From contig NC_088810.1 in NCBI RefSeq assembly GCF_011386835.1, positions 18,662,001 to 18,726,000 on the forward strand: a stretch of DNA of 64,000 nt, written 5' to 3'. The first letter of the stretch is position 1. Each line of letters opens with the position of its first letter. The translations under genes and the position numbers were made by a program. The notes beneath the pieces are model-generated. The model saw only the letters and a program-made list of their open reading frames with translations. It ran no database searches and was not told the DNA's origin. This document shows positions 36,954 to 51,564 of the stretch, in pieces. The DNA comes from Chrysemys picta bellii (taxonomy: Eukaryota).

Positions 36954-39900
36954 ATGTCCCACCACGTAGTTGGGATGATTCTAGTCTACTGCGGAGTAAG
37001 TATTTTAGCCTGATTTATTTCATGCTTGTTCTCTACCAGGCTAAAAACAATTAACTTTATACAGACCATCCTTCTGCAATTCCAAGAGGTTTTAACATCA
37101 ACCTGATCAGAGAGAAATTCACATCTTTTAGTCCATCAACTGAAATATTAAGAGAGGTGAATATATAACAAAGATGTGCTATTATTCTTGGATTTTCTGC
37201 TCTATATAGTATATTGCAAAAGCCCAGCTTTTTCCAGTGCTCACTATATTAACACACTCCTTTCTTCCTCTGTATAGTGGCTGCCTCTGAGGAAGCAATA
37301 CAAATCCTGCAAAGCCCAGCACAGCTGTGGCTGACCTCTGGACAGACCGCACAGCTGTATTGTAGAATATCAGAAGAAGAATGGCGAGTTCGGTGGTACA
37401 AGGAACAACAGAATGGAAGTTTACATGGGATTCATCAGAGTTCTGAGTCTGAACTTCAGATGGAAAATACTCGAGTAAAGTGACCACTGCGGCAAATACG
37501 TTTTCTCTACTTATCAGTAACGTACAAAGGGATGACTGAGGGGTTTATTACTGTGGCCTCTCTGCCTCTGTGGATCTACAGCCCAATTTTGGGAATGGGA
37601 CCAGACTCATTGTCACAGGTGAGTTTTCAGTGTCTCGGAACAATGACATTGCAACGCCAGGAGGTGCTGTGAAAAAATCATCCTTTTTGGCTAGGTTTGT
37701 GCATAGGGGCAGCATGGTCCAGGCAGTGACCCAGGGCATAGGGTTGGGAATTAGGAGACCTGGGTTCTGTTTCTGAAACACTGGGCAGAGAAGGTGAGAT
37801 TTTTAAGAGAAATCAGCTTTCAATAGCTCTCATGTAGGTGCCCAAATAAATGACCAGATTTTTAAAGTGCTCTGATCAAAACTTAGCTTTTGAAAATCTG
37901 GGACATTTTGGAAAATCTGACCTTTAATTTCTCTGCATCTCAGATTCCTCATCTGTATAATGGGGATAATGAGTCTCCTGTGTAAAAGCACTTTGAGATC
38001 TATGGATAAAAAGCACCATATCATTGCTATGTGTTAGTACTTCCCTGCCTCCTGGGTGGTATGTTAAATTAGCAATCAGATTTGATATTCACACTTGTGA
38101 TGATTCCTACTGAAACTGCCTGAGCCTAGGATGTATGTTCACCTGCCCTGCTACCCTATTAATACTTTAATATTAATCAGGTTCTTTTCCAGGCATTCAC
38201 CAAACCTCATGAAATGATTCCACCCATGTGTTTGTACAGGGGAATATTCATTGTCTCAATCAGCACAGCATGAATTGAACATAAAAACAATATATGAGTA
38301 GTGATATCTATGTATTTTTGATCTACATTCTGCAAATATTCCAAGGAGTGTAGCTAAGAGGCTGTAACTCAGACAAATGGGATGTATGTAGGAATAGGAA
38401 ATTTTAGATTGACTATAATATTTAAGCAAGAATGGTTCCTCTATCAGGCTTTTCACCCAGAGATCGCAAAGCACCTTGCACAAGTGACTAAGTAGAGTTT
38501 CCTTAATTTTTCAGTTGGAGAAACTGAGGCACAGATGCAAAGTGAACTTGTCTCTAAAGTCACACAGCAAGGCAGAGACAGGGCTGGGAATGGATCTCGG
38601 GCCTCCTGGTCTGGTGTCCTCACCATCAGACTGACCAGTCCCTCCTATGCATTTCGTACTGAACCGAACATGGTGTCGGCACTCAGCAAATAATCCAGGA
38701 TGGTTATGTCAGGACAAATTTCCAAGCAGCAACGGATCGGGGGAGTCTCCGAAAGTGGATACCCCAGAGTGTAAATCATTGAGAAGTGGAACAGACAAAG
38801 CATTAGACATTGAAAACACCCTGCACTGGCTGTGGCAGGGGTAGGAGCTGGGTAGGGACTAGCAGTGCTACCGGTAACAGATCTTTCCAATCTCTAGTTT
38901 CTGTGACTCTCCTTTAGATGCCTCTGAGCCGAGTCCTTCCATCCTGGTTCCCTTCACCCCGGAGGATGCTGAGCTTCCCCCCGTCATTCCTCTGCTCTGC
39001 CTGCTCTCAGATTTCACTCCTGCCTGGAGTGCTGTTCTCTAGGACACTGGTGAGCAGGTGTCTGAGGGTCAGACGGATGCTGGAGCCGTAGATGGGAACG
39101 GGGTCTTTAGTGTTTGGAGCCTAATGACAATCCCTTCTGAGACATGGAACCACAAGACGATCTGCACTTGTACGGCCAAAGAGAACAGCACGGGGAGAAG
39201 CATCAATGCTACAGTCTCCAAGGAAACAGGTCCAGTATCGTATCATCCAATCTAACCTGCCTACCTGGGTATTTATGCTACGTCCCTCACCGTGGTATCT
39301 GGGCACCAAGAGTCAGAGACATCTACTCCAGGCTAGAGAAATAGACAGAATCAGATGGGATGGCTCAGGGGAATGATAACTAATGGGAATGAGGAGAGGT
39401 TTTGGAAACCACCGAGAGGATGCTTGACGTGTGGGGCAGACAGTTACGGTCACTCCCTTGTCACCCACATTTCCCACCCTCAGCCCTTCTGAAAACCTTC
39501 ATTTTTCCACCCTCGGGATGAGAAATGGGTTTCTGGTCAAGTAACCCAAGCCTTTTCCTCCATGTGATCACAGCAAGGACACAGAAGGGTCACTTGAGGT
39601 GAGCCAAAGGGGAAGAACTAGGAGCATTGGGAAGGAAATTGACAGAGGCAATAGCAGGATGAATGTCAGGAATGACTTCTTGACAGCGAGATCTAACAGA
39701 TAGTAGAAGAGATGCTGAGGGGCAGGGCGGGAAGCCCCTGTCAAGGGGTGTGGACAAAGCACTAGTGAATATAGCAGAGGGAACAATCCTGCAGTGCCTG
39801 GGGGCGGGGGAGCTAGAGGGCACCCAGTGTTACAGGGTCATCTCTAGCTCTGAATTTTTGCCAATATGGCTATGCCGGTAGAAGCCTTAGTGTGGACACA

Positions 39901-41574
39901 GTTGTACCGGGATAAAGGTGCCTTACACCAGCACAACTTGTTTCTGTTCCTGAGCCAGGAGAAGTTGTGCCAGCAATGTTATAGAGGCAACACTTTTAAG
40001 TTTAGTCAATCCCTTCACCAACCAAACAAATTCCAGGTGACACAGACAGGCGTGTCCAGCCTGCCGAATGGCCATTTCCTTTCCTGATTGCCTCGGCATT
40101 TGCCGCAACTTTTCCTGGGAAAGAAAGAACCAGCTAGAATCTGACCACCACAACGCTTAATGATCCACACATTGGAGGACTTGGGGGGGAGGGGAGAGAG
40201 CGAATACACACAGCAGATCCCCTCTCCCCTGTCCTTTTGGGCAAATCTACATTACAAAATTAAGTCGACCTAAGTTATGTCGACATGCAGCTACGGCAGT
40301 AATTGAATTGATTTTACACAGACACACTATGCTCCTTGTGTCGGGGGTCCTCACCAGGAGTTCTTGCACCGATTTAACGGCCAACACTGAGGGACGGTTT
40401 CTGAAAGGCAGCAACAGTTGTGTAAGCTTCGCGGTGTCTACTCTGACACTGTGTCAACCTAACTACATGGACATGACCGCTCCGCCTCTCACGGAGGTGA
40501 AGTTATCAAGTCGGTGTAGTCGTGAGTTACATTGGTGGGAGCTACACATTTTAGTGTAGATGCTTATAGAGATAGGTCAACCTAACTCTGTAGTATAGAC
40601 CAGGCCTCGCACATCCTACTGCAGTCACATAAAGGAGGGCAGAACGTTGCAGAGCATGAAGTAACGGCTGCGGAGGTCTGGGGAAAAAGAGCTCCCTTTG
40701 TCCCTGGGACGTAAAGATCAGGGGACATCCATTTTGACAGGAGTTTTCTATACTCAGCATCTCTTCTCTCTGCAGGAGACTGTGGGATTGTGCTCTACGC
40801 TGGGCTGCCCTGTATTTTCATCCTTCTCCTGATCCAGCTATTGATCTGCTCTGGTGAAAGTGCCCCATAGGAGGTAACTCAGTCATATCTCCGTCTGCAG
40901 TAAAGCAGCCACTCATCACACATCCCTATAACTGTCCTTTTGTCTGTTTCATCCATCAGGGAGAGCTGTGCAAAGAGGGACTCCAATACCTATGAGACAG
41001 ATCCCACAGGTAAACTGCTTTTTCCATCGTTGGTACATCAGAAAGATACAGTATATTAACAACAAGGGGTTAGAACCAATATCCTAGCTGATTTCCTACC
41101 CTACTATCTACTCATTGCCTCCTTAATTTTCATTTGCATTGATTATTCTCTGCCCTTCCAGCGTAAGTGTTGTGTAGGGTTACTGGTACAGAAGAACTGT
41201 TGGATTCCACCCTAGAGGTGGCTGCAAATCAGGGATGGTGAAATAGCATGGTGTATATTTCTGTAAAGGACCACCAGATCATCTAGTGTGACCTCATGTG
41301 TATCACAAGCCACCAACACCACCCAGCCACCACACACTAACCTCAGTACCCAGGATAAAAGACAACAGCCGAGGACAGAAGAGAAATCTGCACCATTGAA
41401 ATATATTCTTCACATTCTTATAACAGAACCCCAATCCACTGATGCCTTTTGAACTTTCTAAATAAAATTTATAATATCGTCTCTTTCCTTTTTCTCTTTC
41501 GGACTGAATATGAGACTCTGATATGCAGGAACAGAAACACTCCTGTAAACCAGACATATAAACCATTTTTGTGA
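36954..41574 (+). pseudogene. PRARP: A2: type-A receptor pseudogene
   Basis: Leader 36954-36995 is 42 nt (-1 vs paralogs). V 37278-37618 has a frameshift and TGA at 37537-39. C1 38918-39229 has TAG at 39040-42. TM 40776-40873 is 98 nt (-1). Cyt1 40960-41009. The last-exon acceptor is AG>GG at 41501-02, before TEYETL (41503-41574). Confidence 0.9.
40240..40606. mobile_element. PIF/Harbinger-like MITE
   Basis: Ends ggcaaatctacatta / tagtatagaccaggcc; internal gtcgac palindromes. Confidence 0.55.
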
Positions 41575-42355
41575 GACAATTGTTTTAAAACGAGCGATGC
41601 AGAAAGACAGAACGAAAGAGAAAGCGAGAGAAATACGGAAAGTCTCATGTTTGTAATGAGCTATGATGTGATGCGAGTTTGCTTGAAATATAACCACTTC
41701 CATGGTCATTTCTCTGACCCATAGTCTGGGCTGACACCTCCCTTCTTGCAAAAAGCCACAGGGGGTCATTAGTGAATTGCCTCCAGGTGGGTGGCATGTT
41801 GGATTTACCTCTCATTACAAACATGCCACTTCCCACACCGTAGTGCCTGGTCGCAGAGTTCACTCACCCCTCGGGCACCTGCTCCCGGCTGCTCATTGGA
41901 GTCTCTCCGTCCAGCTCCAACATCCCTTCCGTCCTCTCACTCTCGCCACAGCCACACTTGCTCTCTGGGACTCTGCACTTTGCTCTTCCTGGCTTGATTT
42001 CTCCGTCTTCAGGCCTTGGCCCTCTGGCTGGGTCACTGGGTATCTTCCCCCTGCCAGGGTATCAATGTCCCAGGCAGTCTCCAAACCCACTGCCCTGACT
42101 GTGCCACTTCACCACTGGCTGGTAGGTGGAACCCAGGCCCACCCTCTGCTCCTGGTTCCAGTTTAGGGACCTTCCAATCAGCGGCTAAGGTCTGCAATGC
42201 CCCACCTGGGGCTCCTACTCTGCCCCTGGGTTTCCTTCTTTCCCTGTCTAATGCAGCCTTCCTCACTGCAGCCCTCTGCTGCCAGCGTCCTGGCTTTGTA
42301 CCAGCCCCGCCTGCCCCTGCTCCGCTGGGCTCCATCATCAGTCAGGGGTTCCTTA

Positions 42356-42647
42356 GGCTATAGCTACACTAACGCTTTACAGCGCTGCAAATTTCTCGCT
42401 CGGGGTGTGAAAAAACACCCCTGAGTACAGCAAGTTACAGCGCTGTAAAACGTCAGTGTAAACAGCGCCCCAGCGCTGGGAGCCGCACTCCCAGCGCTGG
42501 GAGCTAATCCCCTCATGGAGATGGAGTACCTGCAGCGCTGGGAGAGCTCTCTCCCAGCGCTGGCGCGCGACCACACTTGCACTTCAAAGCGCTGACGCCG
42601 GAGCGCTCCCACGGCAGCGCTTTGAAGTTTTGAGTGTAGCCACGGTC
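42356..42647. mobile_element. PIF/Harbinger-like MITE
   Basis: TIRs ggctatagctacact / agtgtagccacggtc with TTA TSD; internal cagcgctg palindromes; empty site at about 10320. Confidence 0.7.
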
Positions 42648-45600
42648 TTAGGCCCTCTAATTCCTCTCAGCAAGGGCCTATCCCCTTAACTGGCCCCTTT
42701 CAGCCTCATTAACCCCTTCTAGGCTAGCGTGGGGTCAGACCTCTATCATCATGATGGGCAATTGGTGCTGATTGCGTAAGCTACTGAATTTGTGAAGCTA
42801 TTTCCTACACTAGATGAGGTTTCCCTTCAGAGCACTGACCCCAGCCCAAGGGAGCAATCTAAAGGGATCCCAGCCCAAGGCCAGTCGTGCTGTGGTGTTG
42901 GGGTCTGTACTTAGATCAGAATCAGTCCTGAATTGTCACATTTGTACTGTCACTTGTGGTGAACGACAGGGCTGGTTTAGCAGCCAGTAACAGAACATGG
43001 ATGTTAAGGGTCAGACTGTAACACCTTTACCCACACGGGTGAGACGTTACGGATGTGAACAGTCTCTGGAACTTCAGTGGGACCCCTGCTGTGACTAACG
43101 TCTCCCCAATGGGAGTGAGAGGTTCATCGCCTGGCCCCAAATGAAATACAAAGGGCACATACTGCTCTCAGTGACCCCTGTAAACCCAGAGTAACTCCAC
43201 TGCCTTCAGCAGAGTTCTCCTGGGTGTACACCAAGTCAAAGAGAGCAAAATCTGTCCCAAAGAATGTACGATGTCACCTGTCATATACAATATGCTGAGC
43301 TTCATGCATCTCAGCTGCTAGAGAAAGGAAAGGAAACATGAGGGAGGAGAGGGGTGTCTTTTGTCATAAGCAACATTTAGAATTACAGCTTCAAAACGAG
43401 GAGTTAGTATCAAACCAGGCGACATGTGCAGGCTCCGTGGCTGGGGGAGCCCCTCCCATTGATAAAGCATTGTTACTGAGAGAAGACAGATGGAAAAGCA
43501 GCAGTCTCCCAAGGAATTCGTTGGAGTAGCTGCTCCAGGACAAGGATGCGGAGAGAGCCTGACCTCACACAGCTCCGTTCAGACACAGTTTCCCATTCAT
43601 AATCTCCCCTCACACCATGGAACAATACTGCTGGCCAGACGGCACGGTCCTGCTGATGGCAGCTCCTAGGAAGCAGTCTCCACCCAACTGGAAAGTGTCA
43701 CTTCAGTCTGGTTCTGCCCCTTCCATCTGCTGTGCGGGTCAGAGGGCCAAGGCTGGTTCTGCATCTAGGTTTTTCTGGTCCCTCTTCTGCCACCAGTAAC
43801 ACACCTGAGTATCACCCAGTCAGGTGGATGTTCAGGTTCTTGTGGGTACAACTTCCCACCTCTCCTTTCAAAACCACTAAGGGCTCGGCTTAGACATGAG
43901 AGTAGCTGAGTTCACTGCGACGGCCTGTGTGAGTAAGGCAGGCCCTGAGCCCCAGCTCCTGTTACCAGCCTGAGTAACTGAGCTCGGGATCTCTAGGGGG
44001 GAAGAGGGGAGGAATCGTCTCCTTCACGGGTCACAGAACAGTGGGGGAGCCACTGGAGCAGGCTCTGTAGCCCTAGTGCCCCAGCTCCACAGGGGCTGTT
44101 GTCGAGAGGATTGGTGTAGAGGCAGATTCACTCCCTGCCAACCCCATCCCTCTCCCTGGGGTCACACTGAGCAGCACTGATAGCCCTACAAGATATCAAA
44201 AAAATGTTCCCATCTCAAATTGGGATGAAAAGTCAAAATCTCAATAACTTTCTTGAACCAAATATCCAAAAATAATCTTTGGTTTGGATGAGTGGAGGCA
44301 TTTTCTTTTCACAATTATGAAATTTTTCCTTTCAACTCTGAGCATATTAAATTTAAAAAATAATTCAACTATAATTAGAAATTTAAGCTAAGCAAGAAGT
44401 CATTGCAAACTGGTAAAACTGGAATTTTTCATTTTGTAAAATATCAAAACGAAAAATTTTAACCATTCGGAAAAACCTTTTGTTCAGGTAAAAAAAACCT
44501 TTATCAAAACCAACCCACAAAAGTTTCCCAAATGGGAAGGTGGCCAAGGCACCAGAGCCAGCTGCTCTCGTCTTGCACAAAGCATCATGGGATTGCCAGG
44601 GAGTTCGAGTCACCATTTATTCCAGCCCTCGGGTTTAAGTTTCAATGGAACTCTGGGCCCTCCTGTAGCCCCGGTGGGTTCAGTTCTCAGGGTAACACGG
44701 GACCAGGTTCAGACCGTTAGTCATTCATTTTTTATTGGCGCTCATAGAATCATAGAAATGTCAGGTTGGACGGGACCTCAAAAAGCCTTCAAGTCCAGCC
44801 CCTTGTGCTGAGGCAGGGCCAAGTTAACCTGGACCATCCCTGACAGGTGTTTGTCCAGCCTGTTCTTAAAACCTCCAGTGACGGGGATTCCACAACCTCC
44901 CTTGGACGCCTGTTCTAGAGCTGAACTACCCTTGGAGTTGGAAATCTCCCATTACTTTTTGCCCTTCCTCTGGTGGGCATGGAGAACAATTGATCACCGT
45001 CCTCTTTGAAACAGCCCTTAACATATGTGAAGATGTGTCTGTAACAAGTGGTGTGTTGCACATTTGCTGTATCGTCCTTCAAAAGAAACACAGCTGCTAA
45101 GTGGGACAGAAAAGGCTGGATTCTGCTCTCAGACATACTGGTGTAAAACTGGAGTAACTCCACTGACTGCAACAGAGCTCCTCCAGTTTTACACTGCTGC
45201 AAACCAGAGCAGAATTGGGCCCAAAGGATTGAAGAGATCACCTTTCTTATTAAACAATAAACAGATTGATGCATTGACCAGGTAAAAAGGCAACACACAC
45301 ATCACTAATGGGGTTCATGTCTCTTTTTAATGAGTGACAGAATGACAGCTTGAATAACAAGTTGTGATGTAAACAGGCAGCGCGTGCAGGCTCAGGCACC
45401 AGGAGAGCTCCAGTCATTGATAACGTGTTGTTATTGTTAGATGGTGCAGAGGGGCTGGCACATGGAGGTCTGTGGATCTCGCCCTTGGGGAAAAGCAGCA
45501 GTCTCTAGAATTAACACTGTTAGCAGCTCCGGCCCTGGCCTGGGGAGAGACTCTCATCCCTTCCAGCTTCTCCTGTATCCATCTTGCCAGTTCCAAATCC

Positions 45601-46145
45601 CATTGCATGTCCACATAACGTTACTGCAAAGGGAGCATGCGCCTCCGATGATCAGGGGAGCTAGGAGCTGTGGCATATACAGGGGCTGCACGTCCTCTCT
45701 GCAGGCTTCTGCCATCCGGCCTCACTCTTTGTGCAGGGAAGCTGCAGGCGTTCAGCTGTGTCCGGGTCCCTCTGCAGATGGATGATGATGGTATTGCCCA
45801 ACCTTCCATGAGCTCCAGATATGGACCAGGGCCCCATGGTGCTAGGTGCTGCACAAACACAGAACAAAGAGACAGTCCCTGCCCCAAAGAGCGTCCAATC
45901 GAATACACAAGTGATATGTAAAGTCATCTATACCGTGATGCCTTTATATCCCAAAAGGAGATTTCCCACCTGATAAGGCTGGACCCTGTGGGGATCTTCT
46001 GACCTTTATATTCTAAACAGAGAATTGGAGAAAACAAAAAAAGAAAGGAGACAGAGACGGACAGAGCCTTCTTCCAGCTGCTACGTCCGATCAGCAGAGA
46101 ACCAGCCATCAGTTCCCATGTGTGGATTCCCCTGCACTAGACAGT

Positions 46146-49100
46146 TCAGGGTTTTACATGTTCCCCTTTAGCCGATCGCTGCATCGTGCGCCCGTTGCGA
46201 TTCCGCGAATCGAAATCCAGATGAGCGTATAAGATCCCACCCTGTTTGGCAACAGTGAGTAAAATTAGCCCCTCTTTGTAAAATGAAGGGACAAGCTGAG
46301 ACAGAACCGAACCTCCAAGTGAATTTAGCCAGATGAAAAATTCCCTCATCTCTGATTCTCCTGCTTGTCCTGTAAATGGTGCATGTTATCAGAATGGAAA
46401 CCAGCGCTGGATTCTGACTTTAAGAACTCAGCTACTGACAACATTTTGCCAGATCCAAACCCCATGTCAATGGACAGACTCCTACTGAGGTCACCAAGCT
46501 TTGGATCAGGCCCCTAGAACCTGTCACTGGAAAATCTTCATGTGCCTTACAAATATAATTTCTTACAGCTCTTTATCTTATAAGTGCCAGAAATGTTCCC
46601 AGCTGTACAAAAAACCCTGTTAAGGGCACAGTCAGAACCAATAAAACATCATAAGTCTTGTTATCCACTATTTATGTAGGGGAAACTGAGTCACAGAGCA
46701 CTAAGTGACTTGCCCACTATCCTACATTAACTTAGTAGCAAAGTTAGCAGTAAAACTCTGTGCTCCCCTTCTGCTACTCCAAAAGCTAGATCTCACTTTC
46801 ACCTCCTCCTTCCGGAACAATCAATTTAAGTGCCAAATATATGAAGTTGATGGATTAGAAAAGCCTGAGACAGACACATTGATTTAGACAGAGATAGTTT
46901 GCAAAGAGCCGTACCTGGTGCTCCTCTGAAGCTGGGGGTGCTGAGACCCTGGGCTGGAATCCTGGAACAAACAAAGACAACAGTAAAAGTTCCTCTTCCA
47001 CGGTCACTCTCCCAGCTGTAGTTCATTGACTAATGGTGCATCCGAGCTGTGGGTGCGCAGGGCACCACCATGCATGGTACATGGAGAGAGGCTCATCAGA
47101 AAGGCTACTGCTCTTTGTGAACTATAGACCAGGTGTCTGGGCCATGGGCAGTAGAAGCCTTTCTACATCGCTCCCTTTGTCACGGAGAACAAAGCCGTTC
47201 TCCCGACACAGGAAATTCAAGTTTCAGAAAACAAACATTCTGAGATCAGTGCTGGCAGTTGTGACATTTGCAGCATGTTCATGTGTTGGACAGGACAGTT
47301 ACAAGCAGGGGAGTAGGATTTCTCTCTGTGGGAGAGTGTCTGGGCTGGGCTGTGTTTCTTACCTAGAGTAGAAGGGCAGAGGGTCCAGACGAGGCTCAGA
47401 GACACCAATAGCAGCAGCAGACCAGCACCAGCCGCAAGGGGCATGATGTAATATGAGCACCCCCTGGGAAGGGCTGTGGAGGAAGCAAAAAAGAGGCACG
47501 CGTGCCTGACTTCAGCCAAGAGGGTCGTGATGCCACCACATCCAGCTTTTCCCTCCTGATCCCCATTTCACCACGGGCCTTAACCCCTAAGGAGCGAGGC
47601 TATAGGAGCCTTCAGCACCTTTCAGTCTCTGTGTTTTGTCCTTTTCGTTAGGCTGATGTTTTCTCCTGCAATCAGAATCTTCTCTGCACCTCCTGCTATC
47701 TACAAAATCCTCCCTGTAGCTCTCTCCTCACCTCTCCACATCTCACCAGAAAAGAGCTCTCTTCTCCCTCAAGTGCCTCTGTTCCCTTCTCCCTCTGACA
47801 CTGCTCATCATTTAACTCTGTAGGGTGTTTTACAGATACAGCTTGTGTGAAAGTTTCCATAGAAAATTACTGTCTTGTGAATATTGCAATTCCTTGTTTC
47901 CTTTCCCAAAATTCTCTGCACATCTATAAAATCCTCCCTGTAGGTCTCTCCTCATGTCATCACCTCTCCATCACTTTGCATATCTCATTGGAGAGCATGT
48001 CTTCTCAAATGTCTCAATTCCCGTTTACTTCTGATATTGATTATTATTTAGCTCTTTACAGGGATTCATATGTACAATCTGAGTGAAAGTTGCCCTAGAA
48101 ATCAGAGCTATGTTGTCTTGTGATCCCTGTATCGTCTCACGTTACCTTTAACCAAATTCTCTAGAGAAATTCTAACTAAGACATAGACTATTCCAGCTTT
48201 CTGTGATGGAAAGTTACGTAGAAGCAGCTCTGATTGTGGCCAATTCACACGTATTTCACATCTGAGTCTCCTTTAGCCTCAAATATAATATTACTCACCT
48301 GCAGGATACCTGGTACTTTTCTTCACACTCTTGCCAGAAGAGTTGAATTTCACTTCACACGTGAAAATCTTCCCACTGGTCCAGGTGTCCATGGGGACGC
48401 TGATGTGATTTATGAGCATTAAAGATCCATTCTTTGCATTCAGTGAGCGCGTCAGCCCCTGTTCCTGCAGCTCCCCAGAAACACTCCAGGAAACATGGAC
48501 TGGGCTGGACACTCCATGGATCACACAAGCCAGATTCACTGTCCCAGTGACTTGAGTGCCACGTGGAAATGGGACCAGAAGCATCACCCAGCTGCTGTTG
48601 GTATAACTGTCTGAGCAGAAGGAGGTGGAGAATTCAGTGTGATGATCAAATAAGCTGAAGTCTGATTAAAGATGTTAATCTTTCACTAAGACAAGGTGGG
48701 TGAGGTAAAATCTTTTATTGGACCAACTTCTGCTGGTGAGAGAGACAAGTTTGAAGGTTACACAAAGCTCCTCGTCAGGTCTGGCAAATATATTCAGTGT
48801 CATTTTCCAGATCTGAAGAAGAGCTCTGTGTGAGCTCAAAAGCTTGTCCCTCTCACCAACAGAAATTGGTCCAATAAAAGATATTATCTCACCCACCCTG
48901 TCTCTCATATCTTAGGACCAACATGGTACAACAACACTGCAGACAATTTGTCACTAAGTCATGAATTCAAAAATACAAATCTATTGAAGAAGGAAATAGT
49001 AAATCATCACACTACCACTAATTAGGATACATATATATATATATTATCTGCACTAGCCACGAGGAAAATTGTGTGCACTTTTATAAACATTTCATTAATT

Positions 49101-50067
49101 CAAAATATAGTTTCATGCAGTCATGGCTCTTAGGTTAGAAATATTCCCAACCTGGGTGCCCTGAACAGTCTCCAAGAAACTTCAATAGTTTATTTTTGGC
49201 ATTTCCAACTTTTGACATTTTTAATTATAAAATGTGTGTGTATTATATCCCTTCTGTACCCATAGCATTTAATGTTTAGCTGATCTGTTTCGCTTAAAGC
49301 ATGCTTTCCTTTGAACCATTCATCAGTAGCTGTGGTATCTTGTCACATTTTAATAAGAACATGAAATATGCTTTGTCAATCGGTTATTAGTCTCCTTAAA
49401 CAAGCTATATGGTTCCTTACCTCCAACAATCAGTGTGGATCCATTCCCGAAAAGCAGGTAGCTGCTGTCTATATATGCACAGTAGTAAATGCCAGAGTCA
49501 GTCTTGTGGACGTTGCTGATTTCCAGCGTCGAGCTGTGTGTCTCGTGTTTGCAAGCAAATTTACTTACATTTTGATTTTGATAATCCAAACAGCTCTTAA
49601 TGCATGTTATGGTCTCACCTTCTCTTCTCAAATACCAAAACATTTTACTTCCTCCTTCCAATTTCTCTTTGGAAGAACAGTGGATCTTTGCGGTGTCACT
49701 AACTTCAACAAACTGGATCCGCTGAGTCTGGTACAGAAATAACTGCACTCCTAGCACTGGAGAAGTAAAATATTGTTAGAGTAGGTTTCCATCAGGTCTC
49801 CAACTGCCACAGATGGACTGGATAGCTCAGCCATAGAAATTACTTAATCTGATAACATCTACGCTCTGCAGCCTAAATGCTAAAAAAAATGGCTATAACT
49901 TTGTACAAGTGAATGGAAATGCAATTACAATCCAGCTAAAGTTTCCAAACATATGATATTCAATTCTGATGCCCTATTGAAGAGGCTGATTTCTCAATTC
50001 CAAAGCTTAATGCAGAAGTTTTACCTAAGGAAGATAAAACCAGATACTCGGCAAAGATCATTTTCAT
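46146..50067 (-). CDS. PRARP: B4: intact type-B V(J)-C1-TM receptor with ITIM, about 314 aa
   Basis: Exons: 50067-50025; 49756-49421 (V); 48610-48299 (C1); 47473-47363 (ALPRGCSYYIMPLAAGAGLLLLLVSLSLVW..); 46961-46915; 46241-46146 (GGILYAHLDF..KP*). 945 nt in frame. Confidence 0.88.
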
Positions 50068-51564
50068 AAAAAAAGTAGAACAAAATCCTGACACACTGGC
50101 CCAAAGGCTGATGCCTAGTGCACTGCTGCAGTGACTGGGTTCAGTGTCTCGGTTATGTCCAGTGAGGAACGCCTCCAAGGAGGATGTGCTGTGGTGATAG
50201 ATATTAGATGGGTGGGGTAAAGAATCTACAGAGGAGACAGAATTTCTTGTAGAATTTTTCTGCATTCCCATGGAACAGGGGTGTACTGTAATGATTCAAA
50301 AACAATTTTTAAACAGATAGGATATGGCACAGTGTCTCTATGGATGAGCTGTATAAACAAAGCCACATGACTTTGGAGCACAAGTCCCACTGGCTTTCAA
50401 AGGAATTCACTTAGCTGGGATAGTCATAAGAACTAAGTTTCTCCCCAACCTTCCATGTTTGGGCCATTATTGTACCATATTTCTTGGTGCTACAACACTG
50501 ACCTGTAACAAAATTTGGAGTCTAGGTTTGGAGGACTTTAACTGCACCTTTAATCATCAAACTGAAAGCTCTGACATGTTGGAGAAATAAGACAATGAAC
50601 AATACAATTTTTAAAAGTGACTTAGGGCCAGTTTTCATAGGTATTTAGGTGCCTATAAATGCAGAGAGGCACCTAGAGGGATTTTCAAACATCGCTAAGT
50701 GGAATCAGTGGAAGTTAAGCGCCTCACCTCCATACCCTTGGATCTAGCAATAAACGGACTGAAAATGAACTGAATGGGGCTGGTTAGAGAGCTGTTAGGG
50801 CCACACAAAGTTGGGAGAGAAAATTAAAGGTACATCGGTTAATGTTCTTTCTGAAACAGCTGATCATAGTGGGAGACATGGGATAGTGATTATCAGAGCA
50901 GTTGACTGAAGAAAGACCAGATTCCCTAGGTACCTTGGCCATGTCTCCTTAGACTGCATTTTGAGGCTGCACTGACTGACTGCAAGTCCCCTGGCAGAGT
51001 GAGGCTCAATCTGTCACGAACTCCTTGCAGGCAGCTCTCGAAGGCCGGGGTCCATCTTCCTTCTTCCTGTCCCTCCCCTGCCTCCCATGGTTGGGGAGTG
51101 ACCTGGGCTAAATCCTGCAGTCCCTGACTGAGGCAATGTTAAGTGGAAGCAGGAGTTTGACCTAACGAAGGATGACTGGACTGGCCAAGATTCTGCCTGA
51201 TTTCTAGCCCAAGGGCATTACTCACATTGACACAGCTTCCCCTTTGCACCAATGTAAAGAGGAGTTTAGAGGAGCAGAAATTACACTCACACCCACTTCC
51301 AGGCCCCTGGGCATTACCATGGTGGAAAGAGGCTTAATGCAGATGAGAATCAGGTCCCCAGGCTCGCTGTTAAGAGGCTGAATGTTGTCAGTGGTTGTAC
51401 AGATAAGACCATAGAAATCATACCGCTATTCGAGTACAATGTCTGCCCAGCCCAGTTCCTGTAAGGGCCTGCTATAAACCTCACAGTAACACTGATTGAC
51501 AACGGCACAAAGCCCTATTTACTGATCTAAGGTTCCCAGCGAAAATAAGGAACTGAACTTAGAT

